A DNA stretch of 64,000 nt from Mobula hypostoma (taxonomy: Eukaryota), in assembly GCF_963921235.1 (NCBI RefSeq), contig NC_086097.1, forward strand, positions 158,970,001 through 159,034,000. Direction: 5' to 3'. Within the stretch, counting starts at the first letter, position 1. Each line of letters opens with the position of its first letter. Position numbers and translations under genes: made by a program. This document shows positions 36,931-50,752 of the stretch, piece by piece. The notes under the pieces are model-generated. The model was not told where the DNA came from. It saw only the letters and a program-made list of their open reading frames with translations, and made no database searches.

Positions 36931-37334
36931 GATATTCCATGTAAAACCTTATTCAATTTTCTTTGATAAAGAACATTAACAACAAAGTCCAATTGATTGT
37001 AAGACCAGTGAGTTGTGACTCAACAAAAGGTTATTTTTTTCTTGATTTTTACTAATTTCTTGCAATAGTAAGCAGGAAATTCGAAAGGGCAGTTATTCCC
37101 TTAAAACGACTTCCTTCCTTCCCCAACATTTCTGCATTAAACACTATGAGTATTTCTACATTGATGCAAAAGTGAAATTGGGTTTGGGATTGCAGTTGTT
37201 GTGTTTCTCAACAGAGTTGAATATTAGTAATCCTTTTGGAAAGGAAATCAATTAGCTCGGGATGAGATAATCTTCATCATGTGATGAGACTTTGCAGTTA
37301 TTAATGTTGGAATATTGTCATATCACTATACCTT

Positions 37335-38175
37335 GAAAAATACAGCGGAGAAATAGGCCCTTCTGCCCTTCTAATCTATACCATACCATTTAAACTACCT
37401 ACTCCCATGTGCCTGCACCTGGAACATCCATGTAAATGGCCAAACTTCTCTGAAACGTTGAAATTGAGCCTGCATGTACCACATTTCACATTCTCAACAC
37501 CCTGATTGAAGAAGTATCCCCCATGATCCCCTTAAACTTTTCACCTTTCCTCCTTAATTCATAACCTCTAGTTGTTGTCCCACCCAACCTCAGTGGAAAA
37601 GTCTGCTTGCATTTATCCTATCTATACCCCTAGTAATTCTGTATACCTCTATCAAATCTCCTCTCAATGTTCAAATGAATAAAATCCTAACCTATTCAGC
37701 CTTTCCTTGTAACTCAGGTTCTCCAGTCCCAGCAACATCCTTGTAAATTTTCTCTGTACTCTTTCAAAGTTATTCACAATTTTCCTAAGTAGTTGACCAA
37801 AGCTGCATACAATATACCAAATTAGATCTCACAAAAATCTCATACAACTTTAACATAGCATCCCATTTCTGTACTCAGTACTTTGATTTATGAAGACCGA
37901 TGTGCCAAAAGCTCTCTTTACATCCCTGTCTACCCATGGCACCACTTTCAATGAATTATGGGGCTCCATTCCAAGATCTCTTTGTTCTACCATACTCCTG
38001 AGTGTCCTACCATTCACGATGTAAGACTTACCCTGTTGGTCCTACCAAAGTGCAACACCTTGCACTAGTCTGCATTAAATTCCATCTGCCATTTTTCAGT
38101 CTTTTTTTTCCAGCTGGTCCAGATCCCGCTGCAAACTGTAACAGTCTTCATTGTGATCCAAAACACCCCCAACCT
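37335..38175 (-). mobile_element. CR1 3' fragment
   Basis: Antisense of the CR1 RT C-terminus (tttatcctatctatacccc, caacatccttgtaaattttctctgtactctttc). Confidence 0.85.
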
Positions 38176-38414
38176 CTTTTTTAATGGCTGCCTACAGGAA
38201 TATATTTTAAGAATTGCTGAAATTTATTTGTAAAGGGATTTTGCATATACATTCCAGAATGTATATATTAAATGATCATTTTTTTGTTTCAAAGAACATA
38301 AAAGAATTCCTAAGACATAATCAAGTAGTAATCAATGAGACAGGAATAAGGATTTAAATATCAGTTGATGAAAAGGACTAAAAGCACGATTCACACTGTG
38401 GGATTTGAATGTGG

Positions 38415-38632
38415 CTTTATCTGAGGCATTGCCTTCGAAGTTGTTCTTGATGCTGGGGAGGTTAGTGCCCATGATGGAGCTGGCTGAATTCACAACTTTC
38501 TGCAGCTTTTTCCAATCCTGTGCGGTTGACCCTTCTCATCAGATGGTGATGCAACCAGTTAAAATGCTTTCCATGGCATATCAGTGGAAACATGTGAAAG
38601 TCTTTGGTGTCATACCAAGTCTCCTCAACCTT
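38415..38632 (-). mobile_element. Rex-like fragment
   Basis: Homologous to 35925-36130. Confidence 0.7.
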
Positions 38633-39139
38633 CTTATCTTAGTCTACAGCAGAATCTCCATCTGTGGAACAGGTTTGATCATTGGTGCCCCTTCCACGTA
38701 AAAAGGCCGGAGATTTTTATTTGCACGGAAGTGCTCAGCTTACATCGGATGCAAGGAAATAAAAGCTGTTGTAGGAGTATTACCCAGTAGTGCTGCATGT
38801 GGATCATGGGTTTGACCATTGAACAGTTGTTGTTGGTGGTGAGAGAATGAGTGGTGCAAGATCACAGATGACTGTTTTACAGCACTTCTGAATGTGTGAT
38901 TTCAGCTTCAGCCAGTTGACACAGTCAGGGCTAGTGGATGGATTTTAGAAAGAGCCTTAATTTATTATTAAGTATCTCTATTTTTGTTGTGCAATGATTT
39001 TTAAATTTATCAGTATGGGTGATACTGTGTAAATATTGACACAACACTGGTGTCTTCTTCTGAGATAGTTACAATGACTTAAATTGATGGAATGGGGGAA
39101 ACAAAAGAGTTCAGAACTGTGGGTATAAAAACTATAACA

Positions 39140-39480
39140 GGAACAGTGGCATTATGATCGAATTTGCCTCTATGAGTAATCCTGTGAGTTGGACTGATGA
39201 TCCAGAGACCAAAATTGAAATATTACCTTAACAATTGGGAATTTAAAAGTACAATTATTTCAATAAGATTGATTTTTTTTAAAGCTACTATTAGTAAAGG
39301 CAACCATGAAACAACCAGGTTGTTACAGATATATTTCACTGATGAAAATTTACAGCTCTCTTCTGTGCAATTTTGTTGATTCCTCACTGAAATGTTCCAG
39401 CAATTTGTACCAGGCAGCCACAATAAATAGGTTGCAGAAGTTCAAGAAGATGGTTCAATGCCAGCTTCTCAAAGATCATG
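39140..39480 (+). mobile_element. Degraded SINE with CR1-type tail
   Basis: gtaatcc...gatccagagacc, aaaagctac..agtaaaggcaaccatgaaac and gttcaagaagatggttca..cttctcaa resemble an old elasmobranch SINE, recognised from memory. Confidence 0.4.
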
Positions 39481-40337
39481 TTATCAAGAACTTCATCGTA
39501 TAAATTATTTAAAAAAGCAAGATACTTAATAAACACAAAAAATATGAGAAGGCAGATTTCATGACTCATTGGTCTCCTGACATATAATTTATCCAGATTC
39601 AGCCAGATTAGAAATTTTGTTCTCCTGTTGACCACTTTGAAATTGAATGGTTTGTGGAGAATAACAACACAGTAATTGGTTTGCTGGCAGCAGTGCTCTC
39701 AGAAGACAAATGCTGGCTATAAGATATCCAATTATTCACTCACAGTTTAGAGCATTATCTAAACCATTCAACATATAGGTGCCTTATATCCTAGCCCAAG
39801 ATATGTCAATATGTCTTTCCAGTTTTCATGGAGCAGAACATCATCTGTCCTCACTGTATCAGATGATCTTTGTCCACGTCAGATCTATGGGGTCACATCT
39901 AATTAAATATTTGTAGCAATGCTGTAGGGGGGAAATGGGTAAGGGAGGGTGAAGCAGCATGTCAATAGTCTTTAAAAGCAGTTGATTTCACTTGGATTAT
40001 AGATGATAAAGGAGATGTGGTGGGAATTAAGGGAATAGATTTTTTCTAACTCTTTGAAAGATTTATCCATTTAGTCCAATTCCTCTTCTCTTCTCCTATT
40101 GCTCTGCAGTGTTTCCTCTATGTCTTACTCATATAAGGTAAAGAGTCTATTAATCTGGCATGCTGGGGACCAATAGTGGACATTTTCTGGTTCATTAATG
40201 GTATTCCAGTGATATCCCAACACACCGACCCACTTTTTTGGATATTACTTGATGGCACCATAAACTTTTCTGTAAACCAAATAAAGTGAGTTGGAACTAG
40301 AGCCTGGAAACAGCCCCATTGAGTTTCAGTAGAGCAC

Positions 40338-40465
40338 GTTCTGATACAAGGTCTCAATCCAAGACAGCAACTATCACTTGTCTTCCATAGATGCTGCTTG
40401 GTCCAGTGAGTTCCTCCAGCAGATTGTTTCTTTTTGTTCCAATTCCAGCACTTGCAGTCTTCTTC
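40338..40465 (+). mobile_element. Penelope pLTR fragment
   Basis: ctgatacaaggtctc...ccatagatgctgc...gagttcctccagcag...ttccagcacttgcagtct. Confidence 0.7.
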
Positions 40466-41559
40466 GTGCCCCCCACCTTTGAGTTTTAAAGGGAGCATGG
40501 AAAACAGGGTTTATATGTGCTTTGAGGAAATGGTAAATGGGACCCAGTGAATTTAAAGTAGGCATTGAAAGCAGCGCCCTGAAGTTTCAAGAGAATGGAT
40601 TAAACATCACTCAGTGAGCTGGATGCCAAACATTGGGTTTTTTGAATAATTGGATAACAGATTTTTCAGAGTTTTAGTATTGCCTTACTAAATGAATATT
40701 TCTAATTCACTGCTTTTACAGACAATGCAGTGCAGAGAATAACTCACTGCACATCTTCCCCTGGTTTACCTATGATTCTTTACCCAAATATGTTTGAGAC
40801 TGTTTATCACAGGATTGTCAATTCCTCTTCCTAAATAACTCAATAAAAAACCTGTTATGATTTATCTTTGTATCAAATTATGTCACTTTTCTTTGTTCTT
40901 AAGACAGCAATTCTACTTTCTCTATTTTCTCCATATAAGTAGGTCTATCCTCCGTTTCACTATTCTGGAATTGCTCACTAGCATTCTCAAATAGGAATTT
41001 GTTTTGACTTGTTCCTTCATAATATCTGACAATTTCTAAGCCTTTATATCTTTTCAAAAGCCTTTTTTAAATTACTATTACCACCACTGAAGTTTGAGCA
41101 TGTGAAACCACACGTCTTTTGAATTTCTGCCCAGGATTTCGATGCTTCCCTTCTCCTATCAGTGTCCAACAGAAAATAAGGTTTATATTGTTTCCTTTAT
41201 TTTCTTTCCACCAAGGAGTTTACTGCACATTTCAGTGCAATATATTTCACCAGTCTGTGCCCTGATGCGATCATCTGGCTTCTTCATTCTGTTTTTTTTT
41301 CATTCTGGTTTTATGTTTTTGGAAACTGGGAATCCGGTTCTCTGAATACCTAAATTTGGGGCAGCAGTGTTGAGCATAAAGTAAAAAAAAACTAAGTGTA
41401 TGCAGATACTGTATTTACCAAGAATGTTCAACTTCCCTGCCCTGCTGATTTAATGTGCCATTCCTGGCACTGAACAATTTCTAAGCTGTCTATGCAAATT
41501 TCTTCATTTTGATTTCACTATTTCCCAGCAAGGCAGTGGTCACCTCTGTTTATTTTCAC

Positions 41560-41938
41560 CATCATCGTCATTATGTGCTGTGTTGTGTGACATAAGTGAT
41601 TATGGTATCATGACCATGACTGCTCTTGACAAATTTTTCTGCAGAAGTGATTTGCCATTGCCTTCTTCTGGGCAGTGTCTTTACAAGAAGGGTGATGCCA
41701 GCCATTATTAATACTCTTTAGGAATGTCAGCCTGGCATCAGTGATCACATAACTGAAAATTGTGATATGCAGCAGCTGCTCATACGACCACCTACCACCT
41801 GCTCCCATAGATTCACGTAACCCTGGTCTAGGGGACTAAACAGGTGCTACACCTTGCCCGAGGGTGACCTGTAGGCTAGCAGAGGGAATGAGCATCTTTC
41901 ACCGCCTTTGGTAGAGATGTATCTCCACCCCACCATCC
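41560..41938 (-). mobile_element. RTE-related SINE
   Basis: The minus strand has gaagaaggcaatggcaaatcacttc (RTE/BovA/Sauria-type motif) and a (tga)n-like tail. Confidence 0.65.
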
Positions 41939-42364
41939 AACTACGTATTTTAACAGTGACATAACTTTGAGTTGGCCTGGGCATGAATCTGGAATCATTC
42001 GTTCCTGGCCAGTGATATGCCTTCCTGACAGATACTAAAATACCTCACAGTTAGGTATTTTTCTAGGTTAATCTGTGTTAATCCATTATTAAAATGAATA
42101 GATTTCCTCTTGATCTTGACTGTGGTAATGATAAAGTTCTGGTGACTATGGAGGAAAATAGACCCTAAGGAGCAGATGGTCCATTGGTTTGTCTGCATGC
42201 GTTTGTGCATCTGCATATTTGTTTATGTATGTGGTCACGTGCATTTAATTTAATGAGTAATATATGACAGATTCCACAGAATCTGACTGTACACACCACT
42301 GCTGTTTACATAAATGTAGTTCTAATTATGTAATAAATTTCCAATTCCCAGAGCATTAAGTGGG

Positions 42365-44815
42365 TTAAGTTCAAGCTCAAGTTAATTGTCTCTGACTGTA
42401 CATATATACAACCAAACAAAATAATGCTCCTCCAGACCATGATGCACCCACAAAACACATATCACACAGCACATAAAACAAAATATGACCATAATTAAAT
42501 TAATAAAACATAATTTAAAAGCATGCAGTACACAGCACTGGTAAACAGTAATCAGTACAGTAATCAGCTCTCTGTGCTAGTGATGAGACCTCGGTCGTGG
42601 CAGGGTATTTATTAGTCTCACTGCCTGAGGGAGGAAGCTGTTACCCAGGCTGGCAGTCTTGTCCTGATGCTTCTGTACCTCTGTCCTCATGGTATTGGGT
42701 CAAGGAGATTGTGGGATGATGGTGGGGATCCTCAGCAGTGCCTCAGGCCCTTCATCTACAACACTCCCAGCAGGTGTCTCACAGGAGGGGGACACCAGTG
42801 ATGCTTTTGGTAGATTTTACTGTTGTCTGTAGGTTCTTGTGGTGTGATGCCGTACAGTACTGCAGTCAAACAGAACACTCTCGATGGTGCTCCTATCGAA
42901 AGCTAGAATAGGGGTGGGAAGCCTTGCATATCTCAGTCTCCACAGAAAGTGTAGATGCTGCCTAATGAGGAGGAGTTGTGGCTCCAGGTCAGATCGTCCA
43001 TTATGTTCACACCAAGCAGATTTGTGCTTTTTACTCTCTGCTTAGCAGACTCATTGATGTGCAGTGAAGCGTGGTTGATGTATGCCTTCCTAAGTCTACA
43101 ATCGTCTCTTTTGTCTAGTCCACTTTGAGACTCAGATTGTTATTCTTGCATCATTTGACGTGTGTCTCTACATCCTCTCTGTAGGTCAACTCATCATTGT
43201 TGCTGATGAGGCCTCTCCCTATAGTACCAGCAGCAAACTTGATGATGTGGTTTGAGCTGAATCTGGCAGTGTCGCTGTGATTCAGCAGTGGACTCAGCAC
43301 ACAGCCCTGGGGGTGCACCAGTGCTCGGCGTGATGGAGCTTGAGATGTTGCTGACAACTTGGACTGACTGGGGTCTTTCCCTCAAGAAGTCTAAGACATG
43401 GTACTGAGAGGGATGTTGAGCCCCAGCAGTGTAACCACCAACCTCAGAGGGCTGATCACATTAAACACCAAGCTGAAGTTGCTTGGCAACAACCTCGTTT
43501 GGCATCGTTTTATAGATGGAACAAGACGGAGTGGAGGGTCGAGGCTATGGCATCACCAGTGTACCAGTTTGAGCAGAAGGCAAACTAAAAAGGGTCCAAT
43601 ACAGCAGGAAGGAGGGATTTTATATGATCCATTACCAGCCAGTTACCATTGCTCTCGGGCACTGGAATGATAGGATCTGCCTTGAAGCCCACAGGGACAG
43701 TGGACTATTTTAGAGATATTAAAGATGTCCATTAAGACCTCTGTTAACAAGGCCGCACACCCTTCAGCACCTCAGCAATTATGCAGTCTGGCACCGCAAC
43801 ATTACATGGGTTTACCTCACCTCAACTATGGCCACATGGGGTGCCTGTTCCTCAGGGGGAGAGGTGGGGTTTCCTTAATGTCACATCATACAATGCGTCA
43901 AATTGTGCATGAAAGATATTCAGCTTCTCAGGAAGGAAGGCGTCACTGTCGTTGACCAGCAGGATGGATGTGTAATCGGTTATGGCTTGCATACCTTGCC
44001 ACATGCGCCGGGTGTCCCTGGTGCCATGGAGAAGTTTGTTGATTTTCTGTGCATACTCACACTTTGCCTTCCTGATGGCATGGGAGAATGGGTTCTTGCT
44101 GACTTTAGCGTCATTTTATCCCCTGATCTGAAGGCAGTGTCCTGATCCCTGAGCGATGCACAAACCTCTGCAGTCAGCCATGCTGTCTGGTTTGCTCTAG
44201 CCGTCCCATGTTTAATTGCGATGACCTCCTCAATACATTTTCCTATGTAGCCAGTTACCGATCCCCCATATTCATCAATGTTGACGTGATGATCGTAAGT
44301 AGCCGCCTTCCTGAATAGACTCCAGCCCTTGTTTTCAAAACAGTTCTGCATACCTTCTGGTCAGGTCCTGATCTCACAGTGAATTGGTTTGTCTAGTTTA
44401 ACAAGTGGTCTATATGCATGATTAACATGATAGATACGTGGTCTGAGTTTCCGAGGTGAGGACAGCGGTTAGCCTTATAGGCTCCATGAACATTGGTATT
44501 GGCCTGATCTAATATAACCTCTGCTCTGGTTGCAAAGTTAACATGCTGGCAGAACTTTGGCCAGATTGTTTTTAAGTTGGCATGATTGAAGTCACTAGCA
44601 ACAATGGAGACACCACTGGGATGAGAGTCTTCGAGTTTGCAGATGGCGCTGTGGAGCTCCTGCACTAACACATGGCGGCATGTAAACAGCAATAATCATA
44701 ATGACAGTGCAGTGAACTCCCTCAGTAAGTAGAAGGGCCTGCACATCACCATTAAAAACTCTAATTGCAGTGAGCAGTGGGCCATTACAACTAAGGCATT
44801 CGCACACCAGTCACT
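42365..44815 (-). mobile_element. Degraded Rex1/Babar LINE (EN plus RT)
   Basis: [43 protein letters not shown] and LISNNDELTYRE remnants; tail near 42370. Confidence 0.9.
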
Positions 44816-45889
44816 GACCTAGACAATGGAATATTGAAATAGGCTGGAATCTAGAATGCAGATGTGATGGGGGGGGATGCAAATTCCACTGTGGGCATCA
44901 AGGTTGGAATTGGATAATGATATGTTGTGAAGAAAAAAAAAATTGGATAGTCTATGGAAAACAATCTGGCTAGTACCAGTGAGTTGCTCTGCTAGAGTCC
45001 AGACAATCAGCTGATGAGCTAAATTTCCTCTCTCCATATCGTAACAATTCTAAGACTCGTTGTGTTTCTATATTAGGTTTTAAAGTGATTTACAGTTAGC
45101 ATGGTACTTATTACAATGTGGACAAGAAACTGTTGGGAAAGTAAAAGTGTTTAATGTTATGTGCAGGAACTGACTGTTCTTTCAGTGTAATATATTTAGA
45201 TGAAGGGACCATATTTGCTCTTTGCATCTCAACAAGTAAAGCTTATTAAAATTAAGTTTCATTTAGATCAGGCAGTTTAGCAAACATCATGCTGGAAGTC
45301 TAAAGTAAGCACTTGATTGTTGTTTAGGGATCGTCAGTATTTTAGCAGGCTCTAAATATTACCTGTAACCAGCTGAGAGTTTCTGCAGACCATTTTAAAA
45401 ATATAATTATACACATAGGACAAACAAATCCTTTGGTCAAACAGCTGTGATGATATTACAAGGTATAATAGTATTGTTTTAGCTGTTCAAAATGATGAGC
45501 TAAGAGGAAGTACTGGAAAAGTACCATGTATAATGTTATTAAACCATGCAGATTATCTGCATTGTTTTCTGATATTATGGTTTTATGAGAAGAAAGGTGG
45601 ATTATTTACCACTGAAATTTGTTCCACAGATGCACTGTAAGAAAGTGTTTTTTATTTTTTCTTTAATTCCATCAGGTTGCCAAATCAACACTAGAGTCAC
45701 ATTAGTTTCGACTTGAATTAAAGCAAAGTAGCAGCTTATGTTTATATTTGTATTTTGTAATCTAACATCTCTTATCAAAAAAAAATTGAAAGGAATGTGG
45801 AGAGAATGAAATGTAGGATTAGCCCACTAATATCATGAACTGATAAGCGAGTCTTTGGGCCTACTCTGGGGTTCAGAACTGAGAACTTA

Positions 45890-46110
45890 ATTTTAGTTTA
45901 GATTGTTGTTGTTTGCTTCAATTCTTTGCATGATTTGTGTTTTTTTTCTTCTTGCTCTTGCATAGCAGGTGTTGGTTTTATTTTTATTCTTTTTTTCTTT
46001 AATTGGGTTCTTTCGGGTTTCTAGCTTTGTGGCTACCTGTGAGCAAACAAATCTCAAATTTGTATAATTTACATTTTCTTTGATAATAAATGTACTTTGA
46101 ACTTTTGAAC
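45890..46110 (+). mobile_element. Rex-type 3' tail fragment
   Basis: gcaaacaaatctc...tgataataaatgtactttgaac, as at 17440-17513. Confidence 0.6.
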
Positions 46111-46394
46111 TTAATGAATGTTTGACAGGTGGTGCATGTTTCTGTGCTGCATGGATCTTTGGCTCTCCCTCAGCCTCAGCCTCAGTGCTCACTGATAGCA
46201 AAGTATTCACAATACAGCTTTAAACCAAGACTTAAGTTTACAGTAGTACTGTCCTTCCAGTTCATGCTACTATTATTTCTGAGTTCTTAGAAAAACAATT
46301 TTTTTTAAATGTCACCTGTTTGAAATATTTTAGATCCACGATAGTTTGTTTACCACTAAGTAACTTCAGTTGTGTTTGTACTGAGAATACATCT

Positions 46395-47229
46395 AGGCTA
46401 CGTCCACACTACGCTGGATATTTTGAAAACAAAGCTTTTTCTCTTCGTTTTGACCCTCCGTCCACACTGAAACGGCGTTTTCATCCTCCAAAAACAGAGA
46501 TTTTCGAAAACACTCTCCAGAGTGTGTAAATTTGAAAACGATTGTTTTGCGTTGTAGTGTGGACGGGGTAAACAGAGAGATTTAAAAATGTTGTCATGCC
46601 AACACCACAACAACAATGGTACTGTGCAAGCACTGCTGGACAGCTGTTATAACGCGCAGCCAGTGTGAAGGGCATGAGAGTTAAATTGTAAAGTGAGCTT
46701 TTTTGACTAGGTCCCCTAAATTGATTTGATTGAGTCTATCTTTAAAAATATTGATGTCAGAAATACTACGCAGGTCTGGCGGCAGAAGATTCCAATCTCT
46801 TGTTGATCTTGGGTAGAGGACGGCTTCATGCGTGTGTTGTTTACTTTATTGTCTACGTTAATAGTTTGTTTGGAATTAAACATCTCCACGTTCTCCAGTG
46901 CTTTGCTGACTTTGTAGTCGTTTGTAGCTCGCAGAAACAGCTCTACTTCATTGTCTGTCTAAACGAAGAAGTCCGGTCTGATTTTTCCAGCGGAGGTTTT
47001 CTTTGTATTCCTTGAAGACATTGTTGAAAACTTTCTTTCGCTGTTGTTGTTGGTACTCTAGTTTTATTCTATGGAAATAGCACAACACGCCGCGGAAACA
47101 TAAATATTATACCGTTTCCTCTTTGCTTGTTTTCTGTAGATGTGTGTGTGTATGCCTAGTAGGAGTAGATTCGCCCAAATATCCGTTTTGGTGTGGACGG
47201 AGATATCTTGAAAAACGCGTAGTGTGGAC
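46395..47229. mobile_element. PIF/Harbinger-like non-autonomous element (MITE)
   Basis: Inverted repeats gtccacactacgc (46402-46414) / gcgtagtgtggac (47217-47229); left terminus aggctacgtccacac; internal repeats of gtccacac/gtgtggac and gaaaac. The outer right terminus is missing. Confidence 0.7.
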
Positions 47230-47472
47230 TTCGAGTGTCGTCTGTGTGGAGCACTTGGTTTTCTCCAGGTGCTCCAAATTCCTCCCACATTTCAACGTCG
47301 TATGAGTTGTTTGGTTGATTTGTCATTGTAAATTGGTTGAATCTGGGGCTTGTTTTCAAGGATGCGGGAAGAACACGTGGATTAATCTATAATTAGTATA
47401 AATGGATGGTTCATCATCAGTGCAGACTCAGTGGGCTAAAGAGCTTGTTTCCTTGCTCTATCTCTCCATGAC
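47230..47472 (+). mobile_element. V-SINE (HE1-like) fragment
   Basis: tctccaggtgctccaaattcctcccacat...cattgtaaattg...gtgggctaaagagcttgtttcc. Confidence 0.7.
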
Positions 47473-48924
47473 TAATGTTCTGTAGGATATAACTGTGGGA
47501 GGCATTAAGCACAATTTGTTTCTTACATCGGCCTTTGAAATGTCATGACTTACCTTGCTTATGATGTTCAGTTCTTCAAAAAAGATGAATTAAGATTTGT
47601 TTGATGACTTGCTTTCACTTTATATTTCTGAGTGGATGAAGAATTACTCTTTCCAAATTGCCATGAAGAAGTGAGAGTGATTTTATGCTTGCTTGGAACA
47701 ATTGCTTTGACAACATGTTAAGCAACCTCAGGTGACTTCTGAATGTAGAAGCTTGTCTCCATAGTTAGACTTGAACTTTTGACTCTTGGAACCATAGGTT
47801 AACATTGCAGTCAATTTCCATAGTGGTCAACATTGAATTAGCTGCCAGCAGTGTTGAAGCCTGACATTTAATTCTAATAAATGCCCATTTTGTGATAGCA
47901 CACGGTGAATTTCTGCTCTGGTCTCCGGTACATCAGACCAACTGGGAACATAGAGGTGGCATGTTCTCTCTCTTTCTTTACCCAGTATAGGGGTGCTACA
48001 CGTGATGTTTCATCTCCAAACTTCAGTTCCAGTGACTATAGCGAAACTGAAATACAGAAGCCGAGAGGATTGGCACAGCTATTTTCTTGACCTGGTGCCA
48101 GCAGCTGAGGGAAACATTCATTTGAATGGGATCCCACATTTGCTGCAGTGGGACTTAAGCTTTTGACTCCCGGAATTATAGGTTAAATTTGCAATCAATT
48201 TCCATCATTTCTAAAGAACGCAACAGTGACTGGAATTTTCAAACAAATGTTCAATGACTTACGTTCTCTCTGTTGTATATTTAAATCAAAATTCTTTAAG
48301 ATCTTAACCAAAATAGCTGTTGAGCACTCAAAACCACTTGCTTAATTTTAATGTATTCCTACGAATGCTAGCCTGAAATTTCTCTGATAGGCACACCCTT
48401 CTAACTGAAACACTTCTTAGTAAACATTTCAAACGCTCTGAATCTTCGAGTTTAATTATTTTCCTGCAGAGGCTATCCTTTTGAGTCTTTATTACATTGG
48501 AAGCCACGCTTGCTACAATAAGTTTTCAGTTTGGTTGAGGACTAGAGATAATAAACTGAAAGGATTGCTTCAGAAGCGTTTTAAACTCTTGTTGACAACC
48601 TTTTCCTAACCTTCCCAATTTCAAACTTGCTCGTTATTTATTGATGTTTATTAGTTACTAATTCCTAATTTGGCCTAGCCGTATGCATGCAATTTGAACT
48701 AATCAAGTGCAAGAATTGCATATACTGCATCTCAGATATGATGCCTGCTGTATAAGGAACAAAGGATTACACTGCTGCACATCTACTCCGATGTTGCAAA
48801 TCTCATGCTCGTATAGCTCCTGTGTCTGTGGCAAACAGGCAATACCAGCTTGAGTTTAACTGGACAGCTTCCTTTGAATGCACCCATCTACACTCCAATC
48901 ATTTATGCCATCCCATAATGTGAG

Positions 48925-49135
48925 GGCACAGGAGACTGCAGATGATGGAAGCTGCTAGATGCTGCAGATGCTCTTCCTCAGTCCACCAACCACCTCTGGC
49001 TCCTGTGTCATCTCTCCCCTTCCCCTCTTTATATTAGCCATCTTGCTTCCCCACTCTCAGTCCTGATGCAGGGTTTTGACCAAAAATATCGGCAGTTCTG
49101 TTACTCCCACTGATACTGCTCAACTGGCTGAGCTC
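48925..49135. mobile_element. Penelope pLTR fragment
   Basis: ggagactgcagatgatgga...cagtcctgatgcagggttttgacc...ctgctcaactggctgag. Confidence 0.65.
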
Positions 49136-49439
49136 TGTTACTCCATCCTGTAACTCACCTTTGAAGCTTGCACCATGCTCACTCTATCCAGCAATCCATT
49201 TTAGATTTATGAAAACGTTATTGCGTCATGGGGTTATTCCATTACTATGCCAACCATCGTTCCTGTCTATAAATAACAGCATTAATTCCAAGATTTGATA
49301 GATCTAAGATTCAATTTTATATATCATGTGTACATCAAAATGTACAGTTAAATTCCTTCATTTGCATTAACAACCAATATGCCCAAGAGTGTGCTGGGGA
49401 CAGCCCGCAAAAGTCACCACTCTTTCTGGCATCAAAATC

Positions 49440-49595
49440 CATATCCTTTATTACCAGATTCTTGTTAAGTCAGGGTGTGAGCTTATGGGGAGAAGCCAGG
49501 ACATTGGGGTTGAGGGGGAAAGGGATCAGCCATGATCAAATGGCAGAGCAGGCTCAGTGGGCTGAATGGCCTCAGTCTGCTCCAATGTCTTATCG
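49440..49595 (+). mobile_element. CR1 3'UTR fragment
   Basis: ttatggggagaagccagg...atcagccatgatcaaatggcagagcagg...gaatggcctc..tctgctcc. Confidence 0.7.
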
Positions 49596-49759
49596 CCCTT
49601 TATGCAACAGTTTCAATTAGATGCTCACCATGGCTGTTATTCTTGCAGCATTGAACAGTAGATCTGGGCCTGGGATATTCCTGTGGTTCAACTACATTAC
49701 TCAACCTTCCAGATGACTTCTGAAGCAGAGTCAACTGGTCTATGTAATCTTATGTATGC

Positions 49760-50040
49760 CCTGGGTGTAGCAGTTTGTGTGATGCTATTACAGCTCAAGG
49801 CATCGGAGTCCAAAGTTCAATGCCGGTGCCTTCTGTAAGTTTGTACATTCTACCAATGACTATGTGAGTTTCCTCCAGGTGCTCTGGTTTCCTTCCATAG
49901 TCCAAAGACGTAATGATTAGTACGTTAATTGGTCATTGTAAATCGTCCTGTTATTAGACTGGTGAATAAGTGGAATGCTGGGTGGCATGGTTTATTGGGC
50001 TGGAAGGCCATCTTCTGTGCAACATCTCTAAATAAAATAG
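49760..50040 (+). mobile_element. tRNA-derived V-SINE
   Basis: gtgtagcagtt (A box-like), gttcaatgcc (B box-like), tttcctccaggtgctctggtttccttccatagtccaaagac and a ctaaataaaat tail. Confidence 0.8.
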
Positions 50041-50049
50041 AACTTTTGA

Positions 50050-50752
50050 TACCACTTTCCATTTCCACGTTGGCCTGTCCAGCTCGGCCTTCTACACTGC
50101 CTGGGTGAGGTCAAATACAATTAGAAAAACAACACAACCCTCAACCCAGTGGTATGAACATTGAATTTTCCAACTTCAGGTTGTCGACACTCCCTGTGCT
50201 CCTTTGGCTCTCCTCTGATCCACACAGATACTCCTGTCGCAGGTGTTCCCCTCCCTGACTTGTTTTCATCTGCCTTTCAGCACCACTATACCCACTGGTT
50301 CTCCTATTACCTATCCCAACTAGCTTTACTTCCTCATCACCCTTCCTTATCTGGTTCCACCTACCACCTTCCTTAATTATCGATTTCCAGCTTCCACAGC
50401 CTTCTCTGTCTCCACATTTCAGTCTCTGGTTTCACCTCCCCTCTCATTTCCCTGATCTTTTTCCATTTATCCTCTGTATCTCTCCCTACCTATCACCCAC
50501 CAGCCACTGCCTTGCAACTCCACCCCATTCCGCACCTGGCTCCATCAGCCCATCATTCTCCCCCACACCTGGTTCCACCTTTCACCTGTCTCACCTCTCC
50601 CTTTCATCCCTTTGCAGTAACCTTCTTCCTCTCCATAGTCAAACCAAAGCATGAACTCTCCACATGTGCCACGTGCCCACCAGAGTTCCTCCAGCAATTA
50701 TTTTTTGTTGCTCTAGTTTGCAGTATCTCCACTCTCTTGTGTCTCTCCTGTT
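50050..50752 (+). mobile_element. Penelope-like 3' region and pLTR
   Basis: ttagaaaaacaacac...ggtatgaacattgaattttccaacttcag, pyrimidine-rich repeats and gagttcctccagca. Confidence 0.7.

Noticed and set aside
46395..47229. Link between the Harbinger MITE and the Harbinger-derived domain of TSNARE1
   Set aside because: The MITE is non-coding and lies downstream of the stop codon; co-location is most likely coincidental.
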